DNA from: Heptranchias perlo
Taxonomy: Eukaryota
DNA length: 64,000 nt
Assembly (NCBI RefSeq): GCF_035084215.1
Contig: NC_090346.1
Location: forward strand, 31,062,001 to 31,126,000
Direction of reading: 5' to 3'
The notes under the pieces are model-generated. The model ran no database searches and was not told the origin of the DNA. It saw only the letters and a program-made list of their open reading frames with translations. This document shows positions 38,140 to 50,911 of the stretch, piece by piece (the stretch's first letter is position 1; every line of letters starts with the position of its first letter). A program made the position numbers and the translations under genes.

Positions 38140-39169
38140 GAGATGTTTTAATGAGGAATATATTCTAGGATAAAATCGACAAAACCATTCTGCACAGCCT
38201 TATTGTTCAGTATTCCTGCAAACTGCTAATTATTGGGCCATATAATAAAATTCAGCATTTACCAATCCCCAGAATATAAATATCATGGTCCTCCAGCAAT
38301 AAGTGGCTTTCCCTGCACAGCTCCTTTTGATGTAATTCACCTGCAAAAAATTCAGTCACAATTAATTACAGTAACAATGAGCATAACTAATCATGCAAGT
38401 CTGACAAAGTACCAATTTACTTCACAAGCTACGTGACCAAACTGCTGTCACAGTAACATTAAACATCTCTGCAAGGTATCTCGGCACCAAGACAAAATGT
38501 AAAAGTCTTCCTCTTCTACATTTCCCATTAACAGAAACTCTGGACAGCTTGCAGGTCTTTGAAAACAAATTGGTTGGTTCTGTGAACCTTCAACAGATGT
38601 AAAAGGCAAATGGTTAAAGGCTAGAAATTGGTTGATGGGGAGTGCCAGGAAGTTATGTGATACTGAGGCAGGCTATGTAGAGCCAGCTGTATAACATTAA
38701 ATTGATGACTTCATCCTCATGTGAGTAGCACACAGTAAGTGAAATCCACTGTGAAATTTTAACAAATTCTACTCTAAATTTCAAATTATACTTCATCGTA
38801 TTCTGCACAATCTCCTCTATAAATGTATATTTGTGATAGGAAAATAATGTATTTTTGATTAAGTTTTTGTGAAAAAAATCAGTCATTATTCATTAATATT
38901 TTCATTTCTACTTTCCCCAAAAAGACTGACATAAACATGATGAGACTATGCCCCCTAGTTCTAGACTCTCCAGCCTTCTGAAAGCAGCAGCAATTTGTCA
39001 TGCATCATGTGTACAGATGACATTTAAGTGAGAAGTGAAAGATGATTTAAAACCCTGTAGGACTTGTACTGCAGCCTCACCAGACACCACCCTCCTGACA
39101 TGCCCCCTGCCTACAATGTCCATCACCCACTCTTCAAATAGGGACAGCACATGGATAAATCGTGGCTCT

Positions 39170-39682
39170 CCTCCTGTGGCTGCCTGCACCCTGTTGTGTG
39201 TGACCTTGTCCTGCAACAAAGAAGGAAGTGTGTCAGTGTTAAGAGTAGCGAGGGTAGAACGGTATTACTGGTATCTGAAAGATGGCAGAGGTGTGAGGAG
39301 GTGAAGAAAGTAACAGTGAGGAGAGTAGCAGGTGCAGAGTGGTGTAGTAGGAGGAGAAGGAGGTGGAGTGAGGTCTGCTGATTGAAGGAGAGTGCTGGTA
39401 ATTGGGGGAGGGAAGGGTTGTGTGTGCAGGTGTGTAACAGGTAGTGCAAGGCTAAGCAGAGAGAAGTGAGATATATGAGTAAGGAGGCTTACTTTAGCTA
39501 TCGTTGCGAGGTCATTAAACTTTTTTGGTATTGCAGCCATGTCCTGGGGGCGATACCTCTTGCACTCCACTTTGAAAACTCTATCCACTTGTGCCGGGCA
39601 GCTTGCCTGGATATCTTCCTACTACCTGGTGGATAGAACATCGCCCTCCTCCAGCCGACCTCCTTCACCCAAACCTCCAGCG
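39170..39682 (-). pseudogene. Harbinger Myb/SANT gene remnant; element end TIR-like at about 39981-39993
   Basis: LEVWVKEVGWRRAMFYPPGSRK...KW...KKFNDLATIAK|GTAAG; acceptor TGCAG| then DKVTHNRVQ. Confidence 0.75.
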
Positions 39683-40089
39683 TCCAAAAACCGGGGGTGG
39701 GGTGGGGGGGTGCCCCATTGAAGTTTCTGCTGTGCCTGCCATTGAGCGGAATCTTCACTGACAGGTCCCTGCAGCCAAAGTGTACCTCACCTCACCTATA
39801 AATATCGTCAGCAACGTATGAAATTGGCGCCTCCCGATTAGGTGAGCTGCCAATGAACAGTGCAAATAAAGCTGGCAGCCCGCCTATTTTATTTAAATTA
39901 ATGAGGGACACGAATTTGGGGCCAACATGTTAGGGCCAGGTAATTGCGGCACCCATTCTGTGCACGAAGACGCACCTACAGCAATTTCTACCCTGCCGTT
40001 TCTTGTGAATGCTCAACTTTAAAAGTGAAGTCAAAATTCAGAACAACACTACAATTGTTCAATTTCTGATCAACATATATCTACTATTT

Positions 40090-40345
40090 CTACAGTGATG
40101 CAGTGGTTTGTCTTATCACATCCAGGCCCTGGGTCTAAATCCAGCCCAGATCAATGCGATTCAAATTGTGCATGAGCTGCCTGTTAGAGTCCTATCGACA
40201 ATGAGATAACTGAGCAGTTAGAAGCAATGAGGTTGAGTGATGTAAGAAGTGGAAAAACTCACACTAGTGCAAATAATTCACTTCAGAGGTCGGAACAAAG
40301 ACAATAGTATGTGAGCTTTATCTGCATTTGACCATGCCCGGTTGT
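40090..40345 (+). mobile_element. Decayed tRNA-derived SINE resembling LF-SINE
   Basis: atcacatccaggccctgggtctaaatccagcccag (B-box-like head) and gagctttatctgcatttgaccatgc; similarity judged from memory of the consensus only. Confidence 0.4.
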
Positions 40346-40353
40346 AACACCTC

Positions 40354-40519
40354 GCCCTGATTTTAACCTAACCCGCCCTGTGGGAACGCAGTGGGTTCAG
40401 GTCTGGCACCAATTTTACACCCCAACTTCAATGCAGTGTAAAACTGGGCAAAGTGTAAAATAGGCATCCAACCCAAAGCCACCCCAATCCCGCAGGGTGG
40501 GTTAGATTAACATCAGGGC
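40354..40519. mobile_element. Short palindromic MITE
   Basis: 32-bp TIRs (GCCCTGATTTTAACCTAACCCGCCCTGTGGGA), 4 mismatches. Confidence 0.75.
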
Positions 40520-42806
40520 TAGGGTTTCAAAATTTAAAGTGTGTTCCTTTCCCCACCACTCACTCCCCTCATCTTGATGAGCACAAACATTCCCCAAAAA
40601 CTAAAAACTTATACAAACAGTTTGAGCATCACTCTCCAGAAATTTAGGCTATATCATTTTCCATCCCACAGAGTATAATTGATTGAATTTTGAAAAAAAT
40701 AAAGTTTAAAATCAAAACTAAGTATTTGAGTTCATTTAAAGAAAAAGGGGATGAAATTGATCTTCGTCAGTAGTGTGAAATCGACGGCCCGTTTTACACT
40801 GTACCTGATTTTCTTTTCCATTGGTAGAGAACAATTTCACTCCCAAAATGCTCCAGTTTGTTACTCGATTTCTTTAAGAACTATTTCAGTAGCTTTTCAA
40901 TTTTTGTATCAATCATTTTAAGTAGAGAAAAATGCAGAGTCAGTGCTACAACAATCCTTTTTGTGCTGAATGAATTATGACTCAGTCAATGTGAAACATT
41001 CCATAATCCAGTTATTGACATGCCCTGATAATTCGTGCATGTACTGCACTTTGACTAGCTCCTGTTCTTCCACTTTGCATTCGTGTACACATGAGATGCC
41101 ATCTGAATTTACGCAGCAACACATTCTGAATGTGCAAAATAGCACATTTTTATTGTTTCCATTGGCACAAACTGGGATAGTATATATATATATATACATC
41201 TTACAAATGTGTCAAACGTAAATGATCTGGAAATGTGATTTAAATACATCCTAATGATGCTTGGTTCAACGATGGCGTAGTGTCAAAATGTGGCTTCGCC
41301 AGAATGAGAAATGTGTCAAAATACCTGACAGCAGCAATTGAGTAAGAGTGCCAGGATAATGAATGTTCAATATAATGACTCTGACCTCAAATTTATTGTG
41401 AATAGTTGCACCATGCATCACTAATTTGGAGTGACAATCGCATTTTCATTCAAAAAGTTGACTTCCATTGATGTATCTCACTCCTAAAAATAAGCACCGA
41501 TCCAGTCTTCTGTCAGTCTTGCTGATCATAAATACAAACCTGTTAACATTGAGAAAATGATATATGTCACTGCCGAGAATTTCCGCTGTGGCTCTCCCGA
41601 TCAGCCATCATAATTTTGGTGGAAACCCTGGATAGACATGTAAACAGAGTTTCAGCCAGTCTTCTGGCAAAGTTACGGTGACCAATTAGGAGAACCCTGA
41701 GGAAATTCCCAGCAAAGATTTGTAGTTACTACTTAGCCACATACCCTGATGCCAAAATCAAACATGTTAAACACAGCAAGCTTTATATGTCCCTCGGGTC
41801 ATATGGGACAACCTATCCATGCTTTGATCCTAGGTTCCATGTCACGTTACTGCTGGCGTGGCAGCTTGGAGTCACCGAAGTTCTTCAGTATCATTAGAGC
41901 ATTTCCTGGAGCAAGTCCAAGAAGTGTTTTTAGTTAATCACTTATCGGAAATCACCTGGAAGAGTGTCTTCACTTGGAATGATGGCGCAAAGGTCTAGCA
42001 AGGAAAATAGGTTTTTAAAGTTTGAAAAACTCTGGTGGCTTGCTGTACCATAATTCACATTTTAATGATTGAGGGTTTTTTTGGTTACCCTAGTGTCTGA
42101 TGTGCACTGCATCCCATCAAGTCTCCAAACCAAGATACTGAGCAATCTATGCTAGTAGAATTTCTATTTGCCTAATATTGACTGCACACAATCTATCCAT
42201 AGCGACACACTAATTACTTAAGTCCGGGGGCTTACGCACAAGTTGGCAGAGCCAAGGCCTAGGGCCCTCGTCCCCAGGTGCTGCTGGAGTTTAACCAGAT
42301 AATAACCATGCAACTTACCAGCACAGTGGTAAGGTTCTCACTGTTGTCCAATCAGGACCACCCAACCCTTTAGGGCATTTGCTTTCAGACTCACCTAAAG
42401 CCAAGTGGGAAGAATCCCAGCCTTTCTTATTGGTCTACTCCTCTGGGATTCCATTAGTGATCCTGCAGATCTGTGGATTTTCCTGTTTCAGGTATCAGAT
42501 TACCAATCTACCACAAATGATCGACTTGGTTTGAACTTTCATTGCCAGATGTGTCATTTGTCATCTCAATCCAAAAACACCCCATGTACATCTCTCTTTC
42601 CCACCTTCCCAAGTGGGTTAGTCATTAATTGGTTGTTGGATAACAATAACAACAAAAGCAACAACTTGCATTTATATAGTGCTTTTAACACAGTAAAGGC
42701 ACTTCACAGGAGCATAATCAGAAAAAAATTGATAACTGACTAGGATAGGTTGGCCTATCGCTAGGAAGAACTCAGTTACCAGGAACTCCTCACGAGTGAG
42801 GTGATG

Positions 42807-43052
42807 AGTGACTTCAGTTACGTGGAGAGACTGGAGAAGCTGGGGTTGTTCTCCTTAAAGAAGAGAAGGTTGTGAGGAGGTTTGATAGAAGTATTTAAAA
42901 TCATGATGTGTTTAGCTAAAATAAACAAAGAGAAACAGGGGAAAGAGCGGGGGAATGGGACTAACTGGATTGCTCTTACAAAGAATGGCACAGACTTCAT
43001 GGGTTGAATAGCCTCCTTCTGTGCTGTAACCATTCTATGATTCTCTGATTCT
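42807..43052 (+). mobile_element. CR1 3' fragment with an internal deletion
   Basis: gacttcagttacgtggagagactggagaagctgggg; tail ctgtgctgtaaccattctatgattct. Confidence 0.85.
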
Positions 43053-43116
43053 AAAATCATACATTGCTGGAGAAAGGACTCCAGCTCCATTCAAGTGTAG
43101 AGGTGTTCTTTTAAAG

Positions 43117-44625
43117 ATAGAGTGGGGCCGATTAGGGACCAAAAAGCAAATCTTCTTGTGGAAGCAGAGGGCATGGCTGGGGTCCTAAATGAGAACTTCA
43201 CATCTGCCTTCACAAAACAAGAGGATGCTGCCAATGTCACAGTAACAGAGGAGGTAGTAGAGAAATTGGATTGGATAAAAATAGATAGCGAGGAGCTACT
43301 TAAAAGGTTGGCAGCACTTAAAGTAGAAAAATCACCCAGCCTGGATAGGATGCAGCCTTGTTGTTGAGGGAAGTAAGGGTGAAAATAGTGGAGGCTCTGG
43401 CCACAATTTTCCAATCCGCCTTAGGTATGGGAGTGGTGCCAGAGCACTGGAGGGTTGCAAATGTTACACCCTTGTTCAAAAAAGGGGAAAAGGGATAAAT
43501 CAGTCAGTGAGCCTAACGTTTAGAGACAATAATCCGAGACAAACTTAATTTTCACTTGGAAAGACATGGGTTGGTAAATAACAACCTGCACGGATTTGTT
43601 AAAGGCAAGTCGTGTCTGACAAACTTGATTGAGTTCTTCGATGAAGTAATGGAGAGGGTTGATGAGGGTAGTACGGTTGATGTTGTGTACCTGGATTTTC
43701 AAAAGGCGTTTGATAAAGTACCACATAATAAACTTGTCGGCAAAATTGAAGCCCATGGGACAGTGGCAGCATGGATTCGAAATTGGCTCAGGGACAGAAA
43801 GCAGAGAGTAGTGATGAACGGTTATTTTTCAGACTGGAGGGAAGTATACAGTGGTGTCCCCTAGAGGTCGGTACTAGGACCACTGCTCTTTCTGATATAT
43901 ATTAATGACCTGGATTTGGGTATACAGGGCATAATTTCAAAGTTTGCAGATGACACAAAATTTGGAAATGTAGTAAACAGTAAGGAGGATAGTAGCAACT
44001 TCAGGAGCACATTGACAGACTGATGAAATGGGCTGATGCATGGCAGATGAAATTTTATGCAGAAAAGTGTGAAGTGAAGCTTTTTAGAAGGAAGAATGAG
44101 GAGAGGCAATGTAAACTAAATGGGACAATTTTAAAGGGGGTTTATGTACACAAATCTTTGAAGGTGGCAGGACATGTTAATAAGGTTGTTAAAAAGCATA
44201 TGAGAACTTTGGCTTTATAAATTGAGGCATAGAGTACAAAAGCAAGGAATTTATGCTAAACCTTTCTAGAACACTGGTTAAGCCTCAGCTGGAGTATTGT
44301 GTCCAATTCTGAGCACCACACTTTAGGATGGATGTCAAGGCCTTGGAGAGGGTGCAGAGGAGATTTACTAGAGTAGTATCAGGGATGAGGGACTTCAGTT
44401 ACGTGGAGAGATTAGAGAAGCTGGGGTTGTTCTCCTTAGAGCAGAGGAAGTTAAGGGGAAATTTAATAGACGTATTCAAAATTTTGATGGGTTTTGATAG
44501 AGTACATAGGGAGAAATTGTTTTAACTGGCTGGAGTTAACCAGAGGACACAGATTTAAGGTAATTGGCAAAAGAACCATAGGAGAGATGAGGAGAAATGT
44601 TTTTACGCAGCGAGTAGTTGTGAGG
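43117..44625 (+). mobile_element. CR1 ORF2 fragment (decayed)
   Basis: GPIRDQK, HGFVKGKSCLTNL, DFQKAFDKV and FADD motifs. Confidence 0.92.
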
Positions 44626-44629
44626 TTCT

Positions 44630-44765
44630 ATATATAGAACCTCACATGGCCTCAGGGCATTCAAAAGCACTCTACAGATAATGAAGTATTTTTGAAGCTC
44701 ACTGTTGTAATGTAGGCAAATGTGGGAGCCAAATTACAGATAGCATTGAGATAAATGACCAGAAT
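44630..44765 (-). mobile_element. DeuSINE 3' fragment
   Basis: ttttgaagctcactgttgtaatgtaggcaaat...gagataaatgaccaga. Confidence 0.65.
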
Positions 44766-45710
44766 AATGGGAAAGAAATTGGTATACGTCATGCCCAATT
44801 TCTGGGTGCAAAATCAGGGTTAGAGGATGAATTTCAGGTGATGGTATCACGTGCCCGATCCCCCCAGAAGTGTGCCGACTGCCAAATTGTGTCCAATGGA
44901 CCTATCTGAAACAGCTATTAGGTTCCTTGCATATACTAATTAGGGGGTAAGACCAGTTTCACTACCTCACTCCGAAATTCAGCAGAAACAGAGTGCATGC
45001 TCCGCTCAGTTTATCCAGGTCTAACGCGGCCTAACCATCAGCCCTTAAAGGGAGTCAGTTCCCTCTGGACAGAAGGGATGAAAATTGGGGAAAAATAAAG
45101 GTTATAGATCCATCATCATGTCTTCCATGAGCTCACCATCCCTGTGGCATTCTAGTTCTAACTTGATACCACAACGCTCAATGTTCCTGCGGGCATTTTA
45201 TGCAAATCAAGGCTGGGCAGTAGTAACCCCAACCATTCCAGGTTTAACTCAGCTCTGCTTAGGCCAAATTGAAACAGCCCAGTGCGTATAAAGTATTTTA
45301 AAATTGATTTTTTTTTCAACAATTGCTGAATTCTTATCCTCAGAGGCACCACCAGTGAACCAGGATTTCAAGCATAAATAGCTGAATCTAAATAAGTACA
45401 TTGAACAACCCTGCTGTTAATACTGGAGTTGAGATCCAGACTATTCCCCACTTGCATCATTTCCACTGAATGAAAATTTGGTCTCAAGTCATTAATCTAG
45501 CACACTTCAAACAAGTATGTTTTTTCATCTCCCTCACACTGTTAGGCCCGATAATTACTCCAAACCAATTCCTCAGTGAGTATTAAGTATGAAAAGAAAC
45601 AAATTCTGTATCTGAATTTTTTTTTGATTTTTGAAGGGAATATAGTTGGCATTAATACTTGCTCTATAATCTCTTCAATCTTTAATCCTTGTAAAATTTT
45701 GTAACAATAC

Positions 45711-48700
45711 GGGCCTGTATTTTCTGGGAAGTAGCCCCATGGTAGTGATGCATTAATGGTGAGCCCCATTATTAATACATAAATGTTCCAGCAAATAGTG
45801 TAGTAAATGAGATGCGCCATGAGTTACGTTAATTTACTGGAACATTTGCGCCAATCCGCCGACAGCCTCGCCTAAGACGATAAAAGTTAGTCCTCGTTGC
45901 TCAGCCCACCGTTGCAGTCACTGGCAATCGCAAATTTGCTGGGTTTACGGCATTATTTAACAACACAGCCACTTAGAACGGGAAAATAATGGCGTGGGTG
46001 ACCTGATGATGATGTGATTTACGGCCCTCACCTGACTCTCAGCCTCCGGGGCCAACAAAGGGACCATTACAGCTGTGGAGTCTCACTCCATCAGTCTGGA
46101 AATTGTTTTCAGAATATTTTTAAAAATCTCTCAGTTCTGGCAGTCATTTCTCGTGCTAATTGTCTGCGATGCCCTACTGAGGATCCTGCATTGGGGAAGC
46201 TTTCATGATGCCTTTGTCCTTCGTCACTCCAATATCCCTGACTTAGTCAGCAAGGAGGGACATGGAGGTGGGTGGATCCTTGGAGACAAGGCCTATCCAC
46301 TGAAGCCATGGCTAATGACAGCATTCTGTCACCAACAATGCAGTACAGGAAAGGTTCAACCGTTCACACGTGGCGACTCAGCAAGTGATGGTGAGGAGAA
46401 TCGGGGTGATTAACTCACACTTCCGGTGCCTGGTCAGTTCAGGGGGGTGTTCTACATCTGTACGCCCCTGATAAAGTGGTGAGGATTATAGTGATCTGCC
46501 GTGCAATGTACAATTTTGCTCTGCAGGAATCCCTTGCTTAGCAGAGGATCCCGACTCGGATGTCCCCGGGCCCATGGGTGGTGGTGTCCTGGAGGCAGTG
46601 GTACCAGAAAGCAACTGGTGGCTCAGGACAATGATAACCACCCCAACCCTTGCCACCCACCTCCGCCCCCCGAAGTTCCACCAACGGAACAAATTCTCTG
46701 TGGAATGGTGGTGTGAACACAAAGAAGGACAGGCAAGATTAAAGCAATAAACAATTGAACTTTTACTCAGTGCAACAGTGTAAAAAATCAACAGCCAACA
46801 AACAACATCAGTGTAAAAGCAGAGGAGAACAAAAAAGCAGTAAACTCTCTCAGGAAGACTCAACAAAAAAGTACTGCATAGTTTTATAAATAGTGCAGAA
46901 CTTTTTCTGTAACAAGATTTTAGATTTAAATGTTGTTAACTGTGGTAAATAAATATTCTACAATAAATGTGTCTACATCACTGCCTGTGAACTAAGCAGC
47001 AGAACTGTATTGAGGGAGTCAATTGAAAAGTAGTGGTTGGTTTTATAAACAGTGAAAAACTTTCCTGTAACAACAGTTTAAATGTAAATTTATTCAATAG
47101 TATTAAACAGTTTTAAAACAGCTAGAATTTCCAAACAACTTTTTATAACAGTAAACATAACAGCCTGGAGTTTCCTCCACATTTGTGCCCAGAGAGAGAA
47201 ATTGCATGACTTAAAAGATCCCAGAATTTTGGGCGTAACTGAGTTACACGAGTAACTACGATATGCCCAAAATCTCAAGATCTCCCCGATCTTTTACATT
47301 GGTCCATCAAAGCCTTCGTCCGAATGAATATCCTCCCACAAAACTAGCCACCACCCCCTCCCAGCTCTCAAAGGCGAGTAGCCTCCAATTGCGTTTGTTC
47401 GGGAAGGGGTCTCTTAACATTGCAGCCACAGGCACCCGTGGTTACCTGATGCAAGCGTAGATCAGCTGATCAGGAGAGAATTGAAGCCTCCATCATCTCT
47501 GCTGCTGCAGAAAGCGCCAGCTACATTGAAATTACGCCTGAGGCCCAATATCAGGGGTGACTCGGGCCTCACCATTCAGGGGCAGGGAATGTACCCTGCA
47601 CCTCCCCACACCCAAAAATGGACATGCCCAAATTTGTGCCCCTTGATTCCTTCAAAAAGGCATTTCCTCCTCCACTTCGCACACGTACCCACGTGTTATG
47701 CGCCAATTTGCTCTGTGGAGGGAAAACAAGTAAAAGGTTAGGTGGGTTAGTGAGGTAGAGGCATCTCAGCACTGACAAGGGCAACCATTTTTAATCCTCT
47801 TTTTTTCTTCCCACAGGACAGGCATTCAAATAGTGACTAAATCTGTCAAATTCATCAAATAGCCACTCAGAAAGGGCTGTCTCCCAGGGCAAAAGACTTT
47901 TATAAATCACTTGCCTTTGGATTCTGCCTTGAGCAAACAAACAGATCACATCTTGAAAGTACCTAACCCTCCTCTACTGAAGGACAACTCCTTTGCAATC
48001 TTAAGCCATTCTATAGAAGATAATTACAGAGACAGACAACTTTTGGTTTTCTATTACTTATAATAGAATTGTGAGTTCTGAATTGAAGCACAGAGAATGT
48101 TTACCTTGCCTGCCCTGGTTGGGTCATTGTATTTTTTATGATATGAGTCCCCCAATCGTGGGACAACCAAAGCTCAACACTTTGGCCACCTCCCTCCACA
48201 CCACCTGGCTCGCCTTTCGGGGATCCCTCATCGTTACAGTCCCCAGCAGCTAGTCTCACCAATGGTCACCTCATCCTAAAGAGCAGGTTCTCTCCTCAAT
48301 TGATGACCTCTTTCTCTATTCTTCCTGTGACATTTCTGTGGAAAAGGGGATGTGCAGACATTAGCGATTACATTTGGCAGCCTTTGACAAGGTTTTTTTA
48401 AACTGCTATTAACGTTTTAACATTGATTTAATTTGATTTCAGAAGTTGCAGTTCACTTACCTCCCAGTACCACACCTCAATTTGAGTAATGGCATCTGTT
48501 CTCAGCTATTTATAGCGACATGTGGTTGGTTTGCGGGGTAAGCCATTGGTCGCTCCATCCACGAGACCCCTGATTCGTCATTGGCCTCATCATGCCACAA
48601 ACAGATCGACATCCAGCAATTTGTGGCGCAAAAATAGTGAGATATGAACAGGGAGCTAAAATGTCCAATTAATAATGTTCATCGCCAAACACGCCGTTCC

Positions 48701-48715
48701 AGCAAATTCAGGTCC
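45711..48715 (+). mobile_element. Decayed PIF/Harbinger transposon (about 3 kb)
   Basis: Imperfect TIRs GGGCCTGTATTTTCTGGGA / TTCCAGCAAATTCAGGTCC; contains the transposase remnant; its subterminal region (45820-46005) recurs at 48785-48960. Confidence 0.6.
46141..46525 (+). pseudogene. HARBI1-like (DDE_Tnp_4) transposase remnant, catalytic region
   Basis: LIVCD...WGSFHDAFVLRHS...GWILGDKAYPLKPWLMT; after a frameshift ERFNRSHVATQQV...IGVINSHFRCL...YAPDKVVRIIVICRAMYNFAL. Confidence 0.88.
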
Positions 48716-49488
48716 GACATTAATATGTAAAAGTTCCAAGAAATATCGGAGTAAGTGAGTTATGCCGTTATTTGCGTTGTGCCATAATTTGCTGGAACAT
48801 TTGCACCCCTCTGCCGATAGTCTCGCCTAAGCCGATAAACGTTTGTTCTCATTGCTCAGCCCTCCATTGCACTCAATGGCGATTGCCAGTTTGCTAGATT
48901 TACACCTTCATTTGTGCTGCAGCCACTTAGACTGAAAAATAATGGTGTGACTGACTTGGTATTGCTGCCTGTAAGTAGTGGAAGCCTCATTCAAATATTA
49001 AAATAAGGGTCCTTTGCCTCTTGGAGGACCCCTTTCCCAAATTGAACTGTGGGACCACCGGATTTGTGGATTCTTCATCCCACCCAGTAATTCTTGGTGT
49101 CAACAGTCAGCAAGTAGGCTGTATCAGCAATATTTAACAGGGGTCCTCAGCTACACTCAGGTAAGTCTCTGGTTAGGTGTTCTACACTGCCTAGTCTGCA
49201 AGAAGAAAGGAAGTGCGTTAGTTTGTGGCTTGGTGAAAGGTTGTGACGATGTGCCTGTCAGCGTAGAATAGTGTTGCTGGTGCAAGAAAGATACCACATG
49301 TATGGGGAAGTAAGGGGACTAATTATGAGAACAGTAGCAGATGCAGAGTATGCCATAAGCAGCAGAAGGAAGTTGAGTGAAGTGTGCTGCTGTGATTAGA
49401 GGTGAGTGAGAAAAGGCTTGAGAGTGCTGGGGGTACAAGTGGTACAGGGCTAAGGAGGGAGCAAGAGAGATATGAATATGAGTCTTAC

Positions 49489-49705
49489 CTTAGCAGCTCT
49501 GGTCATATCATTGAATTTCTTGCTGCATTACACTGAGGTCCTGGGTGCAATACTCCTTGCATTGACCTGCTTCATCACCTCTGCCCACTGGTGCCGGGAA
49601 ACTTGTCTCAGAACTCTTCTCTCATCAGCAGGAAATAAAAACTCCCTCCTCCTGGTGACCTCTTCCACGAGGATCTCCACCACAGTGACGGAAAATTAAG
49701 GGGCC
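49489..49705 (-). pseudogene. Harbinger Myb/SANT gene remnant
   Basis: EILVEEVTRRREFLFPADERRVLRQVSRHQWAEVMKQVNARSIAPRTSV*CSKKFNDMTRAAK|GTAAG; acceptor cttcttgcag at about 49196. Confidence 0.8.
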
Positions 49706-49946
49706 ATTCCTGCACCACCTCTGCCTGCCATTTCGATGCTGAACTGCAATATTGATGACAACAGCCAAGGTGCACCTCTCCTTTAAAAGATGCAGGATGC
49801 CTTTAAATGACATCACTGATGCCCATTTTCCCACCCCCTCAATTGGCGAGCTGCCAATGAACAGCATGAGTAGCACTGGCAGCACGCCAGTCATAAGTAA
49901 GTTGAATTTCTCCCCCATTGACTGGAGGATATAGAATTTTTTTAAA

Positions 49947-50276
49947 GACTTGCATTTATATAGCTCCTTTTACGACCTCAGGACAACTCAAAGAGCTTTA
50001 CAGAGAATTAAGTATATTTTTTGAAGTGTAGTTACTGGTGTAATATAGGAAACGCAGCAGCCAATTTGCGCACAGCAAGCTCCCACTATCAGCAATGTGA
50101 TAATGACCAGGTAATCTTTTTTAGTGATGCTGGTTGAGGGATAAATATTGGCCATGACACCGGGGAGAGGTCCCATGCTCTTCTTTAAAATAGTACCATT
50201 AGATCTTTTACATCCACCTGAGAGAACAGGCGGGGCCTCGGTCTAATGTTTCATATGAAAGGCGGCACCTCCAACA
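49947..50276 (-). mobile_element. DeuSINE (SacSINE1/AmnSINE1-like), best-preserved copy
   Basis: gggataaatattggccatgacaccggggaga...tttttacatccacctgagag...ggggcctcggtctaatgtttcatatgaaaggcggcacctcc. Confidence 0.85.
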
Positions 50277-50911
50277 ATTAAGAGCACATCATTGGCGTAA
50301 AGGTCAAGGTAAAGAAAATGACCTCTACAATACACCCAGAGGTTTTTGTGTTTGTTCTTTTTTATCGAGCAGTTCCATCTGAAATGAGGTTGGAGCTGAG
50401 TTTTTCCGGAAATTGATGATAGATTTCTTTTCCCCCTGTTCTTTTTGTCTCCATCCTGAAACAAACATTAGTGACTGAGATTGAGTTGCACACAAGGATG
50501 CACTGTATAATAGATAGGCTGAGCATCGTACAGAAACACTTCCATTGAGCACCATGGAGATATTAGAATATATTTTTGGCTTTTTTGAATATTTTATGAC
50601 AACGTCCAAACGAACATCTTTGGTTCATTTGAATGAATTCCTGTCAAAATGTATTGCTGTCTGATCATGAACAGAATGTCACAAGAGTACAAGTATTACT
50701 ATCAATAAACCTGGCCTAAATAACTGTCATTAGAAATTTAAACTATGACTTTATGTTTTCAAATTTCAAATTAATGTTGGGTTAAACTTTCCAAGCCAAA
50801 TAAATCTGAGTAATATAATTATCTTATATACACAGCATGTATTTGATTTCTAATGTGATGTACATATCTGATCTCTCATTCGATGCATTGCTATGTTATT
50901 TGATCTCCTGT

